Counted from the first letter of the stretch, positions 50,369 to 60,997 are shown. The stretch is DNA of 64,000 bases from an uncultured Nitrospiraceae bacterium (GCA_963811165.1 CAWEQH010000010.1:1088001-1152000), one strand, 5' to 3'. The notes: generated by a model from the letters alone, not told the origin. Numbers and translations are program-made.

Positions 50369-51898
50369 ATGGAAACCATCGCGGTCATTCACGACGAAGA
50401 CGTAGAGCACCCTCTCATTAAGGAAGTCCCCCATTCTTTTGCAAAGGCCAATATGCTCATGCCCCTAAGAAGGGAAAACGGTCATCTCCTGGCGGCCGTT
50501 GCCGACGAAAAGGGGGTCCTGGCGCTCAGGGAACTGTCAAGGCATTTCGGCCTTTCCCCCATGCCGCTTAGTGCGGCGGCCGGCGTGGTCATAGATGCAA
50601 TAAACAGGTTTTACGGTCAGGTCGGCTCATCGGCAGAGGATGTGATGGACAATATCACGGGTGAGGACCTTTCCGCCGTCGCAACGGAGTTCGAGAAACC
50701 CAAGGACATCCTTGAACTTACCGAAGACGCGCCGATCATCCGACTTCTGAATGCCATCCTCCAGCAGGCGGTAAAGGAAAGGGCAAGCGACATCCATATC
50801 GAGCCCTATGAAAAGGAACTCGATGTGAGGATGAGGGTCGATGGGATTCTCCACCGCGTGTTGACCCCTCCCAAGATCATCCAGGACGCGCTTATAAGCC
50901 GCGTAAAGATCATGGCGAACCTCGACATTGCCGAAAAGAGACTGCCGCAGGACGGAAGGATCAGGCTCCTCATCGGCGGCCGGGACATCGATATCAGGGT
51001 ATCCGTGATCCCTACGAGCTTCGGGGAGCGCGCTGTTCTGAGGCTTCTGGACAGGAAACAAGGCCTGATAGGGCTCTGGGAAGTCGGTCTCGACGAGACC
51101 GACGGGAAGCGTCTCGAAGAACTCCTTAAAAGGACAAACGGCATCATCTTGGTTACGGGCCCGACAGGAAGCGGCAAGTCAACGACACTCTATGCGGCCC
51201 TTAACAGGGTCCATACCGAAGAGAAAAATATCATTACGGTCGAGGACCCGGTCGAATACCAACTCAAGGGGATCGGCCAAATCCATGTCAATCCGAAGAT
51301 CGGCCTGACCTTCGCCTCCGGCCTGAGATCGATACTCAGGCAGGACCCCGACGTCATCATGGTGGGAGAGATAAGGGACGTAGAAACTGCCGAGATCGCC
51401 ATCCAGGCCTCTCTCACCGGCCATCTCGTCCTGAGCACTCTCCACACAAACGATGCGCCCTCTGCGATCGTGAGGCTCATAGATATGGGGGTCGAGCCCT
51501 TCCTTGTGGCCTCGTCTCTGATGGCGGTCCTCGCGCAGAGGCTGGTGAGGGTCATCTGTCCTCACTGCAAGGAGCCATATGCCCCTTCGGAGGTTGAAAG
51601 GTCCTATTTCGAAAAGGTTCCTGCCGGCGGCGCCCTGACATTGTACAGGGGCAGGGGTTGCGATAAATGTCAGGGTAAGGGATATCTCGGAAGGACCGCT
51701 ATCTTTGAAACGCTGATAATATCCGACGCTGTACGACAGATGATCTCCGACAAGATCGATTCGCAGAGTATTAAGAGTGCAGCCGTCTCCGCCGGGATGA
51801 AAACGCTTAGAAACGACGGCTTCGAAAAGGCATTGAAGGGGATAACTACGGTCGAAGAAGTCCTTAGGGTTACACAGAAAGACCTTGTCGAGGGCTGA
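50369..51898 (+). CDS. gspE: Type II secretion ATPase
   Basis: ASDIHIEP, GPTGSGKSTT, LRQDPDVIMVGEIRD, CPHC...CDKC. Confidence 0.95.
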   Translation: METIAVIHDEDVEHPLIKEVPHSFAKANMLMPLRRENGHLLAAVADEKGVLALRELSRHFGLSPMPLSAAAGVVIDAINRFYGQVGSSAEDVMDNITGEDLSAVATEFEKPKDILELTEDAPIIRLLNAILQQAVKERASDIHIEPYEKELDVRMRVDGILHRVLTPPKIIQDALISRVKIMANLDIAEKRLPQDGRIRLLIGGRDIDIRVSVIPTSFGERAVLRLLDRKQGLIGLWEVGLDETDGKRLEELLKRTNGIILVTGPTGSGKSTTLYAALNRVHTEEKNIITVEDPVEYQLKGIGQIHVNPKIGLTFASGLRSILRQDPDVIMVGEIRDVETAEIAIQASLTGHLVLSTLHTNDAPSAIVRLIDMGVEPFLVASSLMAVLAQRLVRVICPHCKEPYAPSEVERSYFEKVPAGGALTLYRGRGCDKCQGKGYLGRTAIFETLIISDAVRQMISDKIDSQSIKSAAVSAGMKTLRNDGFEKALKGITTVEEVLRVTQKDLVEG

Positions 51899-51911
51899 CC
51901 GGTGCTTGGAA

Positions 51912-53087
51912 ATGCCGATCTTTTATTATAAGGGATATAAGACGGACGGGACCCAGGCAACGGGAACTATCGAGGCCGACGGGATCCAGGACGCTATCGC
52001 GACTATCAAGGCCCGGGGCATCTACCCTAAGGACGTAGGCACATTTGAGCATAAGGAAAACAGATGGTTTTCGAAAAAATATGATACGGCCCTTCTCCCC
52101 TACATCACACGGCAGCTTTCGACGCTCCTGTCCTCCGGCGTTCCCTTGATCGACGCGCTCAGATCGCTTTCGGATGAAAACAAGGGGTTTTGGAGGGGAG
52201 TGTTGGTTGGCATAAGGGAGAACGTTGCGGCCGGAGCAAGTCTCTCCAGGGCACTCGAGGCACATCCCCGGCTGTTCCCTGAATTTTATATCAATATGGT
52301 AGCCGCAGGTGAGCAAAGCGGCGCCCTCGACAGGGTGCTGATACGGGTAGCGGACTTCCTCGAAAAACAGGCGTCGATACAGTCAAAGCTCCGCGCCGCA
52401 ATGATCTATCCGGTTTTTATGGCCTCTGTGGGCTTTGTCGTCATGTCTTTCCTGTTCACCTTCGTCGTTCCAAAGATCGTAAAGATATTTGAAAACAGCA
52501 AGAGCGCCCTCCCCTTTATTACGGTAGTTCTTATCACAATAAGCAACTTCTTCGTAAATTACTGGTGGCTTATCATAATCCTCGCGGTCGCCGGTGTCAT
52601 GGCGATGAGGAGACTTCGTGAAAAACACGGACGCTATCTGGATACGCTGAAGCTGAAACTCCCTGGGAATGTCATGCAAAGCCTCTATTTCGGCCGGTTC
52701 GCAAGGACCCTCGGATTTCTTCTCGGCGGCGGACTTCCGATGCTCAAATCTCTCGAACTCTCCGCAAAATCGACCGGCAACATCGTCGTCGAAGAGAGGA
52801 TCAGACAGGCGGCAAAAGGAGTGGCGGAAGGGGCCCGCCTTTCCACTTCGCTCGAAGGTTTTCCGCCGGTGCTTCTTCAACTGATCGCCACCGGTGAAAA
52901 AAGCGGCTCTCTCGTAGAGGTGTTGGACAAGACCGCTGATTCATACGAAGAAGATTTCGAGCGGAGGGTGCAGAAGGCCCTTGCGCTTTTGGAACCCTCC
53001 ATGATCCTCCTTATGGGGATTGTCGTGGGGTTTATCGTGCTTGCCGTGCTCCTGCCTATGTTCCAGCTGAATCAACTGGTCAGATAA
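51912..53087 (+). CDS. gspF: Type II secretion inner-membrane platform protein
   Basis: RQLSTLLSSG, AGEQSGALD, YP, GEKSGSL, LLEP. Confidence 0.95.
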   Translation: MPIFYYKGYKTDGTQATGTIEADGIQDAIATIKARGIYPKDVGTFEHKENRWFSKKYDTALLPYITRQLSTLLSSGVPLIDALRSLSDENKGFWRGVLVGIRENVAAGASLSRALEAHPRLFPEFYINMVAAGEQSGALDRVLIRVADFLEKQASIQSKLRAAMIYPVFMASVGFVVMSFLFTFVVPKIVKIFENSKSALPFITVVLITISNFFVNYWWLIIILAVAGVMAMRRLREKHGRYLDTLKLKLPGNVMQSLYFGRFARTLGFLLGGGLPMLKSLELSAKSTGNIVVEERIRQAAKGVAEGARLSTSLEGFPPVLLQLIATGEKSGSLVEVLDKTADSYEEDFERRVQKALALLEPSMILLMGIVVGFIVLAVLLPMFQLNQLVR

Positions 53088-53247
53088 AATCTCCGGACTT
53101 CTTTCATCTGCGCTTTGAATGAAGGGATGTGTGGCGCCTTGCAAACCCATCTCCAAAATCTTTTTTCCCCTGTCGTGAATCGGTCCCGTTTCTGGTATAT
53201 TGTAGTTAGTGCCGATTCGGAAGCCCGGGTTAAAGGAGGAGATAAAG

Positions 53248-53637
53248 ATGAAAAAGTATCTGTTTCTCGTATGCGTAATCGCGCTTATAGGGGGCTGCAG
53301 TTCAGCCGGAGGCATAAACATAATCTCTCCGAGTACACCTGATACCGAGGTAAAGGAAAAGGTAAGCAAGGCGCCTGTCACGAGACTTCAGGCAGTTCCC
53401 GAAAGCGAGCTGAAAGACCATCGCCAGGCACCTCCTCCCCAGGCTGCGGCGGGGATGCCACCGAAAACCGACATGGCAGCGGTCACCGATCGCTCTGGCG
53501 CCGGTCCCGTCCCTTCGATCAGGTCCGGGCAGGCCCTGGAGGCCCTGATCATCCTCCTCGAAAAAAAGGGGACCATACAAAGGGAGGAACTCCTTCAGGA
53601 GATAAGGAACCTGGAGGAAAAGGACCGTACCAAATGA
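53248..53637 (+). CDS. Hypothetical lipoprotein
   Basis: AGGAGG SD, IGGC lipobox, C-terminal LEALIILLEKKG helix. Confidence 0.7.
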   Translation: MKKYLFLVCVIALIGGCSSAGGINIISPSTPDTEVKEKVSKAPVTRLQAVPESELKDHRQAPPPQAAAGMPPKTDMAAVTDRSGAGPVPSIRSGQALEALIILLEKKGTIQREELLQEIRNLEEKDRTK

Positions 53638-53940
53638 ATTTGTAATTTTATGATGTATAAATTCACCGCTGAACGTCACTTTGTATTTATAAATACAGGT
53701 TGACACATGCCGTGCATAGGATTAATGTCGATATAATATCGGTGTCATATGTCAATTCGTTCTTCGTTGGGAAGGGTTTATAGGATATGCGCCGGAGCCC
53801 AGACTTCGGGAAAATCTTGACAACCTCTTTAAAGAGAGGTAAAAACCGCAGTATAGTGATTTTTTAAAAAAAGGAGGTGATGGGAACCAATCATCTTATC
53901 GCATGTTCATTAGAATCCAGAAGAAGGAGGCAAATGGAGA

Positions 53941-55182
53941 ATGACTTTTATGAAGAATGACTCGAGACGATTATTCTTTCTTATCCTGTCGGTTTTCCTG
54001 ATACTGATACCCCTTTATCTTTATAGCTGCAGCGGCGGAGGCTTTGAAGACCCTAAACTGCAGGCCACCTCGACATCTGTCCTCATATCGCCGCAGACCC
54101 TAAACGGATGGATAGCCAACGGATATGGGATTGATTCGCACGGCTTCAACAAAATCGTGGTTCTGGATGCTACCACCGCGGCTGGAACAACCAGCTATAC
54201 AACCACTGGTCATGTGCCCGGTGCATTTCTTGTGGAACCGGCCACTGACCTGTTTGCCTCGCGCTCGGACGGGGTAAGCAGTGTGATATCAGAGGTCGCC
54301 ACAAGGTCCCAGATTGAGGATGTAATCCACCGTACAGGAATAGACCAGAATACTGTAGTTGTTATTACCGGCGACAGCATACTCAATGTCGGCACGACTT
54401 ACTTTACTTTCCGGTACTGGGGATTTCCCAAGGAAAGACTGAAAGTGATGAACGGCACTAATGCAACATACGCCGCAGCCGGGTTCGCCCTCGAAAACAC
54501 GGTGCCTCCCGCGCCGACCGCTTCCACTTACAGCGTATGCCAGTTAACGCAAAACACTTCTATGAGGGCGTCTTTAAGCGACATGATAAGCCTTTCTGAA
54601 GGCTCGACACCAAATGCATTCGCATGGGATGTCAGGACCCCGAATGAGTTCAACGGGGTTGCGGGCAGTACGACCGGTCCCAGCGGCAGCGCGACTGTCG
54701 GATATACTGCCTTCGAGGGCCACATAAACGGTGCGGTAAACCTTAATTATACTACCCTCCTGAGTTCCGACCAGAAGACGTTCCTCGATACGGACACAAT
54801 CAGAACGACCCTGAATTCGATCGGCGTGACACCGGACAAACGAACACATGTCTACTGAAGGACCGGTGCAAGGGCAGCAGTTAGCTACCTGATATTAGAC
54901 GGTATTTTAGGTTACCCGGCAAAGTTATATGACGCTTCCTGGATAGAATGGGGCCAGATGGCAGACGTGGCAAAATCCGGCGGACTGACGGCGGACTCTC
55001 CATGGAGGACGGACAAGGCAACCCGTTCAGCCGCGATCACTTACAATACGGACGCGGGCAAACCGGTCGAACAACTCGTTGGCGCCAACTCCTATTCCCT
55101 CCGCGCAGATGGGGTGAATCTGACTGATGCCTCTTCATGCGGCGGCGGCACAGGCGGCGGACCTATAGCTCCGGGATATTGA
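53941..55182 (+). CDS. Tandem-rhodanese lipoprotein with selenocysteine active site (ExtH-like)
   Basis: ORFs 53941-54858 and 54958-55182 are in frame across UGA 54856: HVY-U-RTGARA...LYDASWIEW; also GHVPGA, DVR..NEF.G, GHINGA. Confidence 0.88.
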
Positions 55183-55192
55183 GAAGCGGCCG

Positions 55193-55471
55193 ATGACCAG
55201 GTTCGCGTTCTTTTTCGTTGCGCTGCTGACGTTCGCGGTATGTCTCGCGACCATTGGCCCGAAGAAAGGCTTCGCAATGGGCACCAAAAGCGGTTTTGAG
55301 CAGATCCGAAAAGACGAGATACAGAAGGAACAGACCGACAAGGGCGCCGGAGGGAAAAATAACGGCGGGAAGGAACTGCGAAAAGATCAGACCGGGGAGA
55401 AAGAAGAGAAGTCCCCGCCGGAAAAAAAGCCGCGGCTCAAATACAGGGACCCATACCAATGCGGATGTTAG
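55193..55471 (+). CDS. Small exported protein ending in CGC
   Basis: Signal peptide, charged linker, C-terminal YRDPYQCGC; lies between the rhodanese and the porin. Confidence 0.65.
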   Translation: MTRFAFFFVALLTFAVCLATIGPKKGFAMGTKSGFEQIRKDEIQKEQTDKGAGGKNNGGKELRKDQTGEKEEKSPPEKKPRLKYRDPYQCGC

Positions 55472-55525
55472 AGGTCAGATTTTTTGCCGATTGCAACAAC
55501 TCTACAAAATGATAAGGAGATGTGC

Positions 55526-56728
55526 ATGAAAATATTCAAAAGAACATCAGGAGTTCTTTTACTGGTTATTACCTTTCTGATCTTCGCCGGGACGGGAACG
55601 GCCCATGCCGGTCCTGTGATCAAAATCAGCGATGAGTCCTGGCTCATGATCAACTATGAGATGCAGCTCTATGTGCAGTCCAGGGACACCGGTTCAGGCG
55701 ATAACAGGGACAGCACCACCAATGATATCTTCTTCAGGAGAAACAGACTCTCCTTCATAGGCCAGGCAACGGACACATACGGGTTCGTCTTTGCGATCCA
55801 GCATCAGGGAGAAAAGAGGATACAAGACATCGAGGTATCTGATATCCCCGGCAAAAGCTTCGACGTCCTCGACGCCTTTTTGTCAGCCGATTGGACGGAC
55901 GCCTTCAGACTCCGCGCCGGTCTCACGAAAGACCCTCTCTCCAGGGAAACAAACGAGGGATGCTTCTTCCCCCTCAGCGTCGACCGCTCCCTCTTCGGCT
56001 ATACCAACCTGCCCCGCCTCAACCGCGATTACGGGCTTGTCCTGTGGGGCAATCTTTTCGATGCGAAGGCGCAGTACAGGCTGGCGGCAATGAAAGGCAA
56101 TGACAGCGGCGACGACCCTCAGAGTAACTTCAGATACACCGGCAGGGTGCACCTCACCCTCCTGGACCCCGAATCTTCTCTCGTGTACCGTGGTACATAT
56201 CTGGGTACCAAGAAGGTCCTGACTTTCGGTGCAGGGTACCAGTTCGAGTCAAACGCCGTCTTTGCAAATCTTTCTGGCAGGCTGCTGCCGAAGGACTATC
56301 AGGCATGGACCTTCGACGGGTTCTTCGAATATCCCACTCCTTCGGGTACCTTCACCCTTTCGGGTGCGTATTTGAAAACCGATTTCGACAACGCCTTCAA
56401 GGGAGCGGACCCTGACCCCCGCAGTGTGGGAGAAAATGGTGAGAAAAAGGGATGGTATACGAAGGCTGGATATATGCTGCCGAAGAAGGTAGGCCCGGGC
56501 AATCTCCAGTTCTTTGGTCGGTATGAAGAATGGAAGTTTGCACAGCTTTCGGGGATATTTGATCAGAAGATAAAATGGTGGGCCGTCGGCGTCAATTACC
56601 TGCTCAAGGGTCAGGACTTGAGGGTGACGGTTCAATATGACAAGACGGATTATGGCACGCAGGACCCGACAAATCCGAATTCCCAGAACTTCAACACGTT
56701 AACCGCAATGCTTCAGTTCCTGTTCTAG
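55526..56728 (+). CDS. Anion-selective porin (ExtI/OprO-OprP-like)
   Basis: Signal peptide AHAG, FRRNRL, RDYGLVLWGN, C-terminal LQFLF; downstream of the ExtH-like gene. Confidence 0.8.
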   Translation: MKIFKRTSGVLLLVITFLIFAGTGTAHAGPVIKISDESWLMINYEMQLYVQSRDTGSGDNRDSTTNDIFFRRNRLSFIGQATDTYGFVFAIQHQGEKRIQDIEVSDIPGKSFDVLDAFLSADWTDAFRLRAGLTKDPLSRETNEGCFFPLSVDRSLFGYTNLPRLNRDYGLVLWGNLFDAKAQYRLAAMKGNDSGDDPQSNFRYTGRVHLTLLDPESSLVYRGTYLGTKKVLTFGAGYQFESNAVFANLSGRLLPKDYQAWTFDGFFEYPTPSGTFTLSGAYLKTDFDNAFKGADPDPRSVGENGEKKGWYTKAGYMLPKKVGPGNLQFFGRYEEWKFAQLSGIFDQKIKWWAVGVNYLLKGQDLRVTVQYDKTDYGTQDPTNPNSQNFNTLTAMLQFLF

Positions 56729-56748
56729 CTGTTGTATTTCACTCGTCT

Positions 56749-56788
56749 CCGGGGAAAGACATAGATCTCTTTCCCCGGGGATTTTCTT
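56749..56788 (+). terminator. Putative terminator after the porin
   Basis: CCGGGGAAAGA/TCTTTCCCCGG stem followed by ATTTTCTT. Confidence 0.55.
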
Positions 56789-56979
56789 ATCGCAGCGCCA
56801 CATCTCCCCATCCCCGCCCGGCACCGTAACCAACAAGCATCGATCACTTTGCCAAGAGAAACAGATGTTCTCTCCTCCCAATACGTGCACTTTTTAAAAT
56901 AGGAATGGAAATATTGTATACTAAGTATCGAAAGAGGGAGCAGTGTTTGCGGTATTTCATACAACCCTTCGGAGGTGGC

Positions 56980-57471
56980 ATGAATAAAAGGTGCAACGGT
57001 ATTCCCGAGGCGGCAAAAGCGGCCTTCCCCAGCGATGGAATGACAGGCAGCGAGGGCTTCACCCTTCTTGAAATAATAGTCGTCGTCTTTATCCTGAGCC
57101 TCCTCGTTGCGATCGTCGCGCCGAAGATCATGGGCAGGACCGACGACGCAAAGATAGCGGACGCCAAAGTCCAGATAAAAAACTTCGAGACCGCACTTAA
57201 GCTCTACAAGATCGACAGCGGCTCTTATCCGACCACTGAACAGGGGCTCGAATCGTTGATCGAAAAACCTGCGACCGGACAAATCCCGGGCAAATACAGG
57301 GAAGGCGGCTATCTCGAGCAGAAGAAGATCCCTCTTGACCCCTGGGGAAACCCTTATATTTATGTGTCCCCCGGCATCCATGGTGACTTCGATATCCTTA
57401 GCTACGGCGGAGACGGCAAAGAGGGCGGTGAAGGCAAAGACGCGGACATTAAAAGTTGGGACATGCAGTAA
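56980..57471 (+). CDS. gspG: Major pseudopilin
   Basis: GFTLLE, YPTTEQGL, DPWGNPY, SYGGDGKEGGEG. Confidence 0.95.
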   Translation: MNKRCNGIPEAAKAAFPSDGMTGSEGFTLLEIIVVVFILSLLVAIVAPKIMGRTDDAKIADAKVQIKNFETALKLYKIDSGSYPTTEQGLESLIEKPATGQIPGKYREGGYLEQKKIPLDPWGNPYIYVSPGIHGDFDILSYGGDGKEGGEGKDADIKSWDMQ

Positions 57472-57540
57472 GACCCGTCCGACTTCTTGTTTGTAATATT
57501 TTTGCAACTGGAAGGTAAGGATCAGGCGGGGTCAACGGGA

Positions 57541-58050
57541 ATGAGATCGTTTTTTTCACGGTTTACGGTTTACGCCTGCCTGTCCGGTAGGCAGGGCTCA
57601 CGGTCCACCGAAGAAGGTTTTACCCTTCTTGAATTGGCAGTGGTGGTCTTCATTATCTCCATGCTTGCGATGCTCGTCTTTCCCGCTTTTTTCGGCACGG
57701 GCAACAAGATAACGGCAGAGGCGAGAAAAACAGCCTCGCTCCTGAGGTACCTAAACGATAATGCGATTGCGACAAAGAACACATATCCCCTGAAGTTCGA
57801 TATTCCTAACGGCGTCTTGTCATGGCAGGGTCCCGACGGTGAAAAGACCGAAAGACTGAAGAGTCTCGCCTCCCTTACGCTGACCTCTAAAGGCAATATC
57901 AGAGAAGGAGAGGTCACGGTATTTTTCGGCCCTCTCGGGCTCGGGGAGAACCTGGCGGTGCACCTCAGGGATGAGGACAAGGACATGACCGTATCCTTAA
58001 GTTCCCTAAGCGGCAGGGTAAAGATTGTTGAGGGGAGGCAGGAAGAATGA
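57541..58050 (+). CDS. gspH: Minor pseudopilin H
   Basis: GFTLLE prepilin motif; gene order. Confidence 0.8.
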   Translation: MRSFFSRFTVYACLSGRQGSRSTEEGFTLLELAVVVFIISMLAMLVFPAFFGTGNKITAEARKTASLLRYLNDNAIATKNTYPLKFDIPNGVLSWQGPDGEKTERLKSLASLTLTSKGNIREGEVTVFFGPLGLGENLAVHLRDEDKDMTVSLSSLSGRVKIVEGRQEE

Positions 58051-58388
58051 AGAGGAGGTTGGGGTTTACTCTTCTTGAGGTCATGCTGGCACTTGCCATC
58101 GTGGGAGGCCTTCTCATCACCCTTCTTTATTCTCTCAATTATCACCTGGGCGTGGCTGAAAGACACTCGACCGTCACCATCGCCACCATGCTCGCCAAAA
58201 GCAAGCTTCTCGAAATAGAAAAAAATCCGGCGGCCACGAAGGGCAATTTCCCCGATCCTTACACCCAATATCATTACACTACCGAGGTAAAGGACTCTCC
58301 TTATCCCGGCATTATTGAGTTCTCCGTCAGCGTCGTAAACGGGAAAGAAACCGTAACGTTCAGCGAACTTGCCGGGAAACTGCCATGA
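58047..58388 (+). CDS. gspI: Minor pseudopilin I
   Basis: GFTLLEVMLALAI; size and order. Confidence 0.8.
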   Translation: MKRRLGFTLLEVMLALAIVGGLLITLLYSLNYHLGVAERHSTVTIATMLAKSKLLEIEKNPAATKGNFPDPYTQYHYTTEVKDSPYPGIIEFSVSVVNGKETVTFSELAGKLP

Positions 58389-58990
58389 AAGAAACGTGCC
58401 GGTCCGATAAGGGCTTCACACTCATCGAGTTATTGATAGCGACCGTCCTTCTGTCGATCATCCTCTCTGCTGTATACGGGGCCTTCTTCATTTCCCATAG
58501 GGCGATGACCGGGCTCGATGAATCGCTTGTGAGACTTCAGGAATGCAGGACGGCCCTCGACGTTATGACCAGGGAATGCGAGTCCCTCCTCTATAAGTCG
58601 GGCAACGCGAGTTCTCTTTTTAAGGTGGAAGACAGGGACTTTTACGGCAAGCAGGCGTCGCAGCTCGCCTTTACCGCCTTTTCGCCTCTTTCTTCGGGCA
58701 TTGTGCTGATCTCTTATTATGTCGAGGAAAAAGACGGGGTCTTAACACTTTTTAAAAAAATGGACAACGCCTATAAGCCAGACATTAATGCAAAGGGCGA
58801 GGAGCTGATCGAGGGGCTCGAATCTTTTTCGGTCGAGATAAATGACGGCACAAAATGGGTCAAGACATGGGACACCTCTGAGACGAAGCAGGCGCCCATT
58901 GAAATCAGGATCACTATCACGACAAAGATCAAAGACAGCCCTGTCAGCTTTTTCGATACGGTCAGGCCGAAGATAGGCAGGGCGATATGA
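58385..58990 (+). CDS. gspJ: Minor pseudopilin J
   Basis: GFTLIE, W...WD...P near the C-terminus; order. Confidence 0.82.
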   Translation: MKETCRSDKGFTLIELLIATVLLSIILSAVYGAFFISHRAMTGLDESLVRLQECRTALDVMTRECESLLYKSGNASSLFKVEDRDFYGKQASQLAFTAFSPLSSGIVLISYYVEEKDGVLTLFKKMDNAYKPDINAKGEELIEGLESFSVEINDGTKWVKTWDTSETKQAPIEIRITITTKIKDSPVSFFDTVRPKIGRAI

Positions 58991-59898
58991 GAAAAAGGTT
59001 AGATGATCTTTTCACTTTTCACTTTTCCCTTTTCACCAACAGAAGCGGCATGGCCCTTGTCCTTGTCTTACTGATCGTCGCCTTGATCACTGCTATGGTC
59101 GTGGAGTTTGCGTACGGAGTGTACGTCAACACTAATGCCCTTTATAACTGGCAGACCTCGCAGAAGCTCTCGTTCGCCGCAAAATCCGCGACAAAGCTGG
59201 CATCAAAGCTCATCACAAGCAACATGCTTGAACAGTATAAAACCAGGTCCGCCTTCGAGATGAGCCAGAAGATCCCCTTTGGAGACCTCGACGGCACCAT
59301 AACCCTGAGGATAGAGGATGAGAATGCGAAATTCAATCTGAATTCGCTTAAGACCAGAGACGATTATCCATATGAGTCTTTCAAGAGGCTGCTTAAACAA
59401 CTTAATCTAAAGCCTGAGATCGCGGACATGGTCTCTTTCTGGATTTCCGCCGACACTACGCACAGGCCCGGAGGGGCGATTGACCTTAAATCCAAGAATG
59501 CCGCCCTCGACAGCGTGGACGAACTTCTCCTTATACCGGGGATCGACAAGGAGAGCTATGGCAAGCTACAGCCCTATGTTACAATATACGGCAGTGGAGA
59601 GGGTATGTTCTCAATCAACATAAATACGGCCGATGTTCCTGTGCTGATGTCTTTATCGGATGCAATAACGAAAGACATGGCGGAACGCGTCATCACATAC
59701 AGGCAGCTTACTCCTTTCAGTCTAGGCACAGATATTTTCCGCGTCTCAGGGTTCAATATAAATATGATAAATACGTCGTATTTGACGGCTAACGGGGCCG
59801 CATTCCACGTGTTTGCCACCGCAGAGTCGAACGGTATCAAAAGGATAATCGAGAGCGTGCTGCAAAATAATACGGTCCAATACTGGAAGGAGATGTGA
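58987..59898 (+). CDS. gspK: Minor pseudopilin K
   Basis: GMALVLVL, DENAKFNLN, ELLLIPG, ININTA. Confidence 0.9.
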   Translation: MRKRLDDLFTFHFSLFTNRSGMALVLVLLIVALITAMVVEFAYGVYVNTNALYNWQTSQKLSFAAKSATKLASKLITSNMLEQYKTRSAFEMSQKIPFGDLDGTITLRIEDENAKFNLNSLKTRDDYPYESFKRLLKQLNLKPEIADMVSFWISADTTHRPGGAIDLKSKNAALDSVDELLLIPGIDKESYGKLQPYVTIYGSGEGMFSININTADVPVLMSLSDAITKDMAERVITYRQLTPFSLGTDIFRVSGFNINMINTSYLTANGAAFHVFATAESNGIKRIIESVLQNNTVQYWKEM

Positions 59899-59926
59899 GA
59901 AGGCGTTTTTATGGTGAAGATGCCCT

Positions 59927-60997
59927 ATGAGTAAGACCACTCTTTTAGACCTAAAGGGCCGGGAACTTTCGGTATATAGCTTCGATAACGGCAATGGGCA
60001 GCCAAAAAGCACGACCACGATACCGGTTGGAGACGATTACTCCTTTACCATAGAAAGGCCCGCCGGTGCCGAAGAATTCCTTTTCAGCCTCCCCCTCAGC
60101 CTCCTTGACTTCAGGGTCCTCGAATTGCCCTTCTCCGATATGAAAAAAGTAAGAGAGCTTGTCCCTTTTGAAATCGACAACCTCGTCCTGGGCGGCTCGG
60201 GCAGCGTTATATTCGATGCCTTCATCCTTGGCCGCGGTGAAGGAAAGTCTCAGGTCCTTGTGGCCTATGTCGCAAAGGAGACCCTGCGCACGATACTTAA
60301 TAAGCTCATGGCCTCAGGCATCGACCCTAAGGCGATTATCTCTGTTGAGCTGGCGCATGCCGTGAGTTCATCTACATCCGCCGGGGAAATCTCAAGGAAG
60401 CTTCTCTCACCGGAACCCCTGGAGGAGAAGGACCGCATCTCCGCCGCTTTCGGAGAGATAAAGAACCAGACAGTAAACCTTAGGAGGGGTGAGTTCGCAT
60501 ACACGGCGGACGCGGAGCGGACGAAGAAATCCCTGATGCTGACCGCTGTACTCGTATTATTGGTGCTGCTCGTCTTTCTGGCGGACAATGCCATGGTCGC
60601 CGTTTCGACAAAACGCGAAAACGATTCGATCAAAGAGTCGATGCGAAAGATCTACACGGGCCTCTTTCCTACGGAAAAGAAGATATCGAATGAGCTCTAT
60701 CAGCTCAAGGCCCACATAAAGGAACTGAAAGACAAGGAAAACTCCTTTGTCGGCCTCTCCCCTCTCAGGGTACTTCTCGACCTGAGCAGCGTCAGCAGGC
60801 CCGGCATATCGTTCATCGAGGTGGCGGTAGACAGGGACATTACTATCCTCAAGGGAGAAGCCCCCTCGATGAGCGATGTCCAAAAGACGAAGACCCAACT
60901 GGAAAAAGTATTTACGGATGTCGCCATATCGGACACGAAACCGTCCTCCCAGGGCAAGACGCTCTTTACCATCACCGTTAAAGGGAGGAAGGCATGA
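59927..60997 (+). CDS. gspL: Type II secretion protein L
   Basis: RVLELPF...VPFEI actin-like domain, NLRRGEFA, single TM; order. Confidence 0.8.
   Translation: MSKTTLLDLKGRELSVYSFDNGNGQPKSTTTIPVGDDYSFTIERPAGAEEFLFSLPLSLLDFRVLELPFSDMKKVRELVPFEIDNLVLGGSGSVIFDAFILGRGEGKSQVLVAYVAKETLRTILNKLMASGIDPKAIISVELAHAVSSSTSAGEISRKLLSPEPLEEKDRISAAFGEIKNQTVNLRRGEFAYTADAERTKKSLMLTAVLVLLVLLVFLADNAMVAVSTKRENDSIKESMRKIYTGLFPTEKKISNELYQLKAHIKELKDKENSFVGLSPLRVLLDLSSVSRPGISFIEVAVDRDITILKGEAPSMSDVQKTKTQLEKVFTDVAISDTKPSSQGKTLFTITVKGRKA

Noticed and set aside
53871..53960. Leader peptide after the perfect AAGGAGGTGA sequence
   Set aside because: The ATG overlaps the SD with no spacing, and the peptide has no informative content.
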